From an uncultured Anaerolineae bacterium (GTDB taxonomy: Bacteria > Chloroflexota > Anaerolineae > VGOG01), in assembly GCA_964602575.1 (NCBI GenBank), contig CAZRSI010000003.1, forward strand, positions 1-34,370: a DNA stretch of 34,370 bases, in the 5' to 3' direction. The position numbers and the translations under genes were made by a program. This document shows, piece after piece, positions 29,830 to 34,370 of this stretch (the first letter of the stretch is position 1; each line of letters starts with the position of its first letter). Below the pieces are notes generated by a model. The model was not told the DNA's origin, did not search any database, and worked only from the letters and a program-made list of their open reading frames with translations.

Positions 29830-30852
29830 ATGGAACAAGAAACGCCGCGAGATGAAATCGTCCTGAAAGTCAGTAACCTACGTACTCTTTTCCCTGTCTC
29901 GCGGGGCATCGTGGGCACTCTGTTATTCAGGCCCCGCCGGTACGTCCACGCCGTGGACGGGGTGAGCTTCTCTGTGGCCCGGGGCGAGATCCTGGGGCTG
30001 GTGGGCGAGTCGGGGTCGGGCAAGACGACCACCGCTCTGAGTATCCTGGGGCTGGTCGAGCCCACCGAGGGGGAGATCCTCTTCAATGGCCAAAGCGTCT
30101 CTGAACTGGTTCATAGCCGCGAACGGTTGAGGCTACGGCAGCAGATGCAGATTATCTTTCAAGACCCGTATGAATCGCTCAACCCTCGCCAGACCGTGTT
30201 TGCCACCGTGGCCGAGCCGCTGGAGGTACACCGCCTGGTCAAGACCCGCGCAGAGACGGTCGAACGTGTAAGGGTTGCTTTAGATGCGGCTGGCCTGAAA
30301 CCACCTGAGGCCTTTTTCCATCGCTACCCCCAGGAACTCTCCGGCGGCCAACGCCAGAGGGTGGTGATCGCCAGTGCCCTGGTTCTGAACCCTCAACTAC
30401 TAGTGGCCGACGAACCCGTTTCCATGCTGGATGTGTCCATCCGCGCCGAGATACTCAATCTATTGCTCCAGTTGCGCGACCAGCGGGGCATCACCATCCT
30501 CTACATCACCCACGACCTGGCCACGGCGGCTTACTTCACCGACCGGGTAGCGGTGATGTACCTGGGTAAGATCGTGGAGATCGGCCCCACCAAGACGGTG
30601 TTGAACGATCCCAGGCATCCTTACACCCAGGCTCTACTCTCAGTGATCCCCGTTCCCAACCCCCGCCGGCGGCGGAAAAGGACGATCCTAGAGGGCGAGA
30701 CGCCCAACCCCATTGATCTACCCCCCGGCTGCCGCTTCCACCCCCGTTGCCCGGTGGCCACCGCCCAATGCTCTCAGGCCGAGCCAGAACTATGCAATGT
30801 GGGCACCGACCACCAGGTGGCTTGCTTGCATATCAAGGACGGCAGGGAGTAG
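29830..30852 (+). CDS. Peptide ABC transporter ATP-binding protein (DppF/OppF family)
   Basis: Walker [10 protein letters not shown], signature LSGGQRQR and Walker B LLVADEP are present, with a C-terminal PGCRFHPRC extension. Confidence 0.9.
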   Translation: MEQETPRDEIVLKVSNLRTLFPVSRGIVGTLLFRPRRYVHAVDGVSFSVARGEILGLVGESGSGKTTTALSILGLVEPTEGEILFNGQSVSELVHSRERLRLRQQMQIIFQDPYESLNPRQTVFATVAEPLEVHRLVKTRAETVERVRVALDAAGLKPPEAFFHRYPQELSGGQRQRVVIASALVLNPQLLVADEPVSMLDVSIRAEILNLLLQLRDQRGITILYITHDLATAAYFTDRVAVMYLGKIVEIGPTKTVLNDPRHPYTQALLSVIPVPNPRRRRKRTILEGETPNPIDLPPGCRFHPRCPVATAQCSQAEPELCNVGTDHQVACLHIKDGRE

Positions 30853-30982
30853 GGCTATACAATTCCCCACATGAAACGAATCAGGGAAAAGATCCGCTGG
30901 AGATCGCCTTCGATCTAATTGTGGTCAGCGAGGGGCAGATAGAGTGTGTGCTTTTCAGCATTGTTTTGTTCCTCAAAACTAA

Positions 30983-31013
30983 AAGGCCCCGGCGTAACCT
31001 ACGCCGGGGCCTT
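30983..31013. terminator. Bidirectional intrinsic terminator between convergent dppF and panB
   Basis: AAGGCCCCGGCG-taaccta-CGCCGGGGCCTT is a 12-bp GC-rich stem. It is flanked by AAAA on the left and CTTCTT on the right, and sits between two convergent gene ends. Confidence 0.75.
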
Positions 31014-31068
31014 CTTCGATAAGCACGACGCATTATGTTTGTACCCCCCGCAAAGCTTCCTTTAGCAG

Positions 31069-31932
31069 CTACTCAGGAAATCTCTTGGCCAGTTCTTCCT
31101 GAAGCTTCTCGAACTCCCCCTCTATCATCTTATAGCTATGCTTCGGTTCAGGGAAACGCCCAGACCTAACATCGTCAGCATAGGCTTGCAAAGCATTTAT
31201 GGTCACTTCGGCCAAATTGGCGTACTTCTTCACGAATTTAGGAGTAAAGGCCTGAAAAACGCCCAGCAAGTCGCTCACAATCAGAAGCTGCCCATCGGTG
31301 TTCTCCCCCGCACCGATACCGTACACGGGTATGGTCAGCCGGTCTCGTATGATGCCGCACACCTCAGGTGGAACAGCCTCAACCAGTAGCGCAAACGCAC
31401 CTGCCTCCTGAACCGCCAGGGCGTCCTCAATCAGTGCCAGCGCCGTATCTGCTGTGCGACCTTGGGCCTTGAAGCCTCCCAACTGGCCTGAGCTCTGGGG
31501 GGTCAGCCCGATGTGCCCCATCACCAACATCCCACCGTCTGCGATGGCCCGAATCTGTGGGCACACTCTGACGCCACCCTCCAACTTAATGGCATCCACC
31601 CCCGCTTCTTTGAAAAAACGGCCCGCGTTCCTCACAGCTTCCTCTGCACTAACCTGATAGGAGAGAAAGGGCATGTCACCTATAACAAAAGTATTGGGAG
31701 CGCCGCGGCGAACCGCCTCAGAATGATAGATGCATTGCTCCATGGTAACAGGGATGGTTCCTTCATAGCCATAGACACACATGCCAAGGGAATCGCCCAC
31801 CAACAGCATGTCCATGCCGGCCATTTCCGCGAATTGCGCTGTCCAATAATCGTAAGCGGTCACCCAAACGACTCTCTCCCCAGATTGCTTCATGCGGACA
31901 AGGTCCAAACTGGTCAGTTTCTTCTTACTCAT
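31069..31932 (-). CDS. panB: 3-methyl-2-oxobutanoate hydroxymethyltransferase
   Basis: 287 aa with the canonical PanB motifs VGDSLGMCVYGYEGTIPVT, IKLEGG and GHIGLTPQS. Confidence 0.85.
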   Translation of the reverse strand: MSKKKLTSLDLVRMKQSGERVVWVTAYDYWTAQFAEMAGMDMLLVGDSLGMCVYGYEGTIPVTMEQCIYHSEAVRRGAPNTFVIGDMPFLSYQVSAEEAVRNAGRFFKEAGVDAIKLEGGVRVCPQIRAIADGGMLVMGHIGLTPQSSGQLGGFKAQGRTADTALALIEDALAVQEAGAFALLVEAVPPEVCGIIRDRLTIPVYGIGAGENTDGQLLIVSDLLGVFQAFTPKFVKKYANLAEVTINALQAYADDVRSGRFPEPKHSYKMIEGEFEKLQEELAKRFPE

Positions 31933-31984
31933 AGTTAGCTCCTTAAGATATGATAGTTACCACATCCGACGTCGGTCTTTCGAC

Positions 31985-32620
31985 TTATTCGATCAGACGC
32001 CGGGCAACGTCCACGGCGCTGGGGGCATCGGGCGCATAAGCATCAGCCCCGATCTGCTCGGCGAAGGCCGCGGTCACTGGCGCACCACCAATCATGACCT
32101 TGACCGTGTCGCGCAACCCCGCCTCCTCCAGCGCCTCGATGGTCGCCTTCATGCCTGGCATGGTCGTGGTCAGCAGAGCGGACATCCCCAGCAGTTTCGG
32201 CTGATGCTCCCGCACTGCAGCCACGAAGTCATCAGGCTTCACGTCGGTCCCCAGGTCAATGGTCTCGAAACCACCCCCCTCCAACATCATCTTGACCAAG
32301 TTCTTGCCAATGTCGTGTAAGTCGCCCTGCACCGTGCCGATGACGTACTTGCCCACGCTGGGCACATCGCTTTCGGCCAGCAGGGGGCGCAGGACGTCCA
32401 TCCCCGCCTGCATGGCTCTAGCGGCAATGAGCACCTCAGGCACGTACAACTGGCCAGCCTTGAAGTCCCTGCCCACCTCATCCATGCCGGCGATGAGGCC
32501 GCCGTTGAGGACCTCGGCTGGCGTCATCCCCTGATCCAGCGCCTGCTGGACCAACCCGGCGACTTCCTCGGCCTCGCCTTGGTACAAGTTCGTTGCGATT
32601 TTCTGCAGTATGTTCGCCAT
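31985..32620 (-). CDS. Cobalamin-binding corrinoid protein (MtbC/MttC/MtgC-like: B12-binding cap plus Rossmann domain)
   Basis: 211 aa with the DxHxxG motif GDLHDIGKNLV, then SALLTTT and GGAPV. The N-terminal helical cap is (E)EVAGLVQQALDQGMTPAEVLNGGL. Confidence 0.85.
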   Translation of the reverse strand: MANILQKIATNLYQGEAEEVAGLVQQALDQGMTPAEVLNGGLIAGMDEVGRDFKAGQLYVPEVLIAARAMQAGMDVLRPLLAESDVPSVGKYVIGTVQGDLHDIGKNLVKMMLEGGGFETIDLGTDVKPDDFVAAVREHQPKLLGMSALLTTTMPGMKATIEALEEAGLRDTVKVMIGGAPVTAAFAEQIGADAYAPDAPSAVDVARRLIE

Positions 32621-32670
32621 TGTTTGAAACCTCCTATGTATTTTGATTGCTGATCGCTCTATACATTACG

Positions 32671-33696
32671 TCAAGTCTTAAGCCGAAATCCCTCTGGAAA
32701 CGGATCCCCGACCTCCAACACAAATTGGTGTAACCCCGTGATGTACGCGCTACCTGTGATCCTAGGGATCACAGCGGGGAAAACTTCAGAACCGCCGCCA
32801 ACCTGCGCCTCAGCTACTACTTGAGCCGTGAAGCGCGTCCCGATAATGCTCTCGGTCACAAATGGTTCGCCCAGGCCCAGTTGACCCCGCGCATATCGCA
32901 GTGCAACCTCAGCACAGGTGCCAGTGCCACACGGAGACCGGTCCACCATGTAGTCGCCCAAGATCACCACGTTCCGACTGTCTGCTCCATCGCTGCCTAA
33001 CTCCTCATAGAACCTCACGTCAATGATCTTGTCAATGTGTGGTAGCTCAGGATGCCGGACTGGGACTTGCTCATTGGCTGCTGCCAAGATGCGCATGCCC
33101 AGGTCAGCCAGTCGCGTGGCATTGTCCGAAATAAGCTCGATCTCCAATTGACGGGCATTAACGAGAGCGAAGAAGAGACCTCCAAAGACCACATCCGCCA
33201 CAAGGTCACCTACCTCCGGCACCTTAAGGGTAACGTCCGAGCGATAGACAAAAGACGGCACATTCTCGAAGGAAACCGCTATCACACGCCCACCCTCAAT
33301 CTGCGCACAGGCATCAACAGGGCCAGAGGGAGTATCGAGTGTTATGAGGGTCTCCGGCTCGACCATTTCGAACATCCCTGTTTCGAGCAGGGTGGTCACT
33401 ACGCCGATAACAGCATGCCCGCACATGGGCTCGTAGCCCTTGTTGTCCATAAACAGCACACCGATGTCGGCCGTCGGGGAGCACGGTGGCACCAGAATCG
33501 CTCCGAACAGGTCCTTGTGACCGCGTGGTTCCAACAGCAGCAAGCCTGGCACCCAGGATAGGTGCTCCTCAGCGTAAGCCAGCTTCTCGGCCATTGTCTG
33601 TCCGGGGATGGGTGGCAGGCCACTCATTACCAAGCGGGTGCCCTCGCCAGCGGTATGTGTGTCAATAGTCGAGATATATTTTGAGAATCTTGCCAT
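32671..33696 (-). CDS. Proline racemase / hydroxyproline 2-epimerase family enzyme (Cys/Cys type)
   Basis: 341 aa with DTHTAGEGTR. The first catalytic Cys lies in EPMCGHA and the second in DRSPCGTGT. Confidence 0.85.
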   Translation of the reverse strand: MARFSKYISTIDTHTAGEGTRLVMSGLPPIPGQTMAEKLAYAEEHLSWVPGLLLLEPRGHKDLFGAILVPPCSPTADIGVLFMDNKGYEPMCGHAVIGVVTTLLETGMFEMVEPETLITLDTPSGPVDACAQIEGGRVIAVSFENVPSFVYRSDVTLKVPEVGDLVADVVFGGLFFALVNARQLEIELISDNATRLADLGMRILAAANEQVPVRHPELPHIDKIIDVRFYEELGSDGADSRNVVILGDYMVDRSPCGTGTCAEVALRYARGQLGLGEPFVTESIIGTRFTAQVVAEAQVGGGSEVFPAVIPRITGSAYITGLHQFVLEVGDPFPEGFRLKT

Positions 33697-33742
33697 AACT
33701 TCTTCACTTCCAGGCTATCCACAGCTATTTGTCTACCAGTAT

Positions 33743-33887
33743 TTATTCACCTTATGCTCGCGGCGGACCTTAGTCCGCCGCTCCAGTGGCGACGACCAGT
33801 GCTGAAAACTGTGAAACTTGCACCTGGCCAGGGACACAACGAGGGCCCAGGCCGCTGGACTAAGGTCCAGCGGGAGCAGGTGAATAA
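33743..33887. repeat. Twin-hairpin element, copy 3, with a 74-bp insertion between the two hairpins
   Basis: The closing stem is TTATTCACCT (33743-33752) paired with AGGTGAATAA (33878-33887). GCTC (33756-33759) pairs with GAGC (33874-33877). Hairpin 1 is cggcggac-ctta-gtccgccg and hairpin 2 is gctggac-taag-gtccagc. GCCGCT occurs at both 33777-33782 and 33851-33856, flanking 68 nt absent from copy 1. Confidence 0.75.
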
Positions 33888-33893
33888 TTACGT

Positions 33894-34370
33894 CTACCAA
33901 GGGCGTTGAAGCATCACTTCCGGGGATTCATGTATCTCCATGGCCTGCCATTGCCACCCATTTTCCTTCGCTATTACCCATCCAAGTCCCGGGAAAGGCA
34001 GGTGGGAGCCAAAGACCAGCGCGTTCTCGTCAGCCGCCCGTTTGAGTAGTTGCCGCCGGGTCCTGACCATCTCGTCAGGATATCGTGCTCTATCCCAGGA
34101 ACAAAGCAATTCCGGGTAGGCGATGTGGAGCAGGTGGTGGACGGCATCGCCGATGTGAAGCAGCGTTTCGCCTGCTGAGGTGATGCGCAATGCGCTATGA
34201 CCAGCACTGTGACCACGCCCCCAAATAGCTTGAAAGCCAGGTATGAATTCCGTATCAAGCGCGACCGGTTCGACACGCTCTCTGATGGCCGGGACGACAT
34301 ATCGGATAAAATATTCCGGAGCGTTTTCATTTTCCGCAAGCACCTTTTCCGCCGACCACAGGTCCCACAT
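33894..34370 (-). CDS. MBL-fold metallo-hydrolase, C-terminal part (the gene runs off the window edge)
   Basis: GRGHSAGHSAL and HIGDAVHH fit the later metal-binding motifs of the metallo-beta-lactamase fold. The HxHxDH motif would lie beyond position 34370. Confidence 0.65.
   Translation of the reverse strand: MWDLWSAEKVLAENENAPEYFIRYVVPAIRERVEPVALDTEFIPGFQAIWGRGHSAGHSALRITSAGETLLHIGDAVHHLLHIAYPELLCSWDRARYPDEMVRTRRQLLKRAADENALVFGSHLPFPGLGWVIAKENGWQWQAMEIHESPEVMLQRPW

Noticed and set aside
31069-31932. PanB might be a disguised methylcorrinoid:THF methyltransferase (the missing MT2) because it sits next to the corrinoid protein.
   Set aside because: All the canonical PanB motifs I can recall (DSLGM, KLEGG, GHIGLTPQS) are intact, so ordinary ketopantoate hydroxymethyltransferase is the parsimonious call. 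The adjacency is noted in the findings, but I make no reassignment of function.
336-33887. The near-identical twin-hairpin elements at both ends of the window (336-419 and 33743-33887) could be att sites or direct repeats bounding a roughly 33-kb genomic island.
   Set aside because: A third, diverged copy sits internally at 20451-20494. No integrase, transposase or tRNA gene is present, and the elements are quasi-palindromic. A dispersed REP/BIME-like family is the simpler explanation. The island idea cannot be fully excluded without the flanking genome.

Overview
This 34.4-kb window is a gene-dense catabolic and transport region from a moderately GC-rich bacterium. All identifications come from motifs read by eye; I ran no database search. 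I saw no rRNA, tRNA, CRISPR array, transposase, integrase or phage gene.

Plus strand, in order:
- A TetR-family regulator with a consensus promoter and two copies of a candidate operator.
- A tightly packed acyl-CoA operon: AMP-ligase, SDR, KAS-III-like enzyme, acyl-CoA dehydrogenase, EtfB, EtfA and a 4-hydroxybutyryl-CoA-dehydratase-like protein.
- A second AMP-ligase, an alpha/beta hydrolase and a QueG-like Fe-S protein.
- A five-gene LIV-type ABC importer of visibly lower GC.
- The most unusual block, translationally coupled to the importer: aconitase-X large subunit (DUF521), class-III aminotransferase, a non-pyrrolysine MttB-family methyltransferase, a 3-hydroxyacid-dehydrogenase domain fused to the aconitase-X small subunit (DUF126), and a beta-lactamase-fold serine hydrolase.
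- A Dpp/Opp-type peptide ABC importer whose binding protein carries an N-terminal LysM domain.

Minus strand, at the right end: a partial MBL-fold gene, a Cys/Cys proline-racemase-family enzyme, a B12-binding corrinoid protein and PanB.

The non-coding DNA is also unusual, with several families of intergenic structure:
- Twin-hairpin elements with covarying closing stems (three copies).
- A 29-33-nt palindrome with compensatory arm changes. One copy is translated in frame as the linker of the dehydrogenase-AcnX fusion.
- CGT-phased heptamer and octamer micro-repeats in four consecutive intercistronic spacers.

The best candidate for an undescribed system is the LIV importer plus split AcnX, aminotransferase, MttB and fused dehydrogenase module, together with the distal corrinoid/racemase operon. 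Its substrate cannot be determined from sequence alone.
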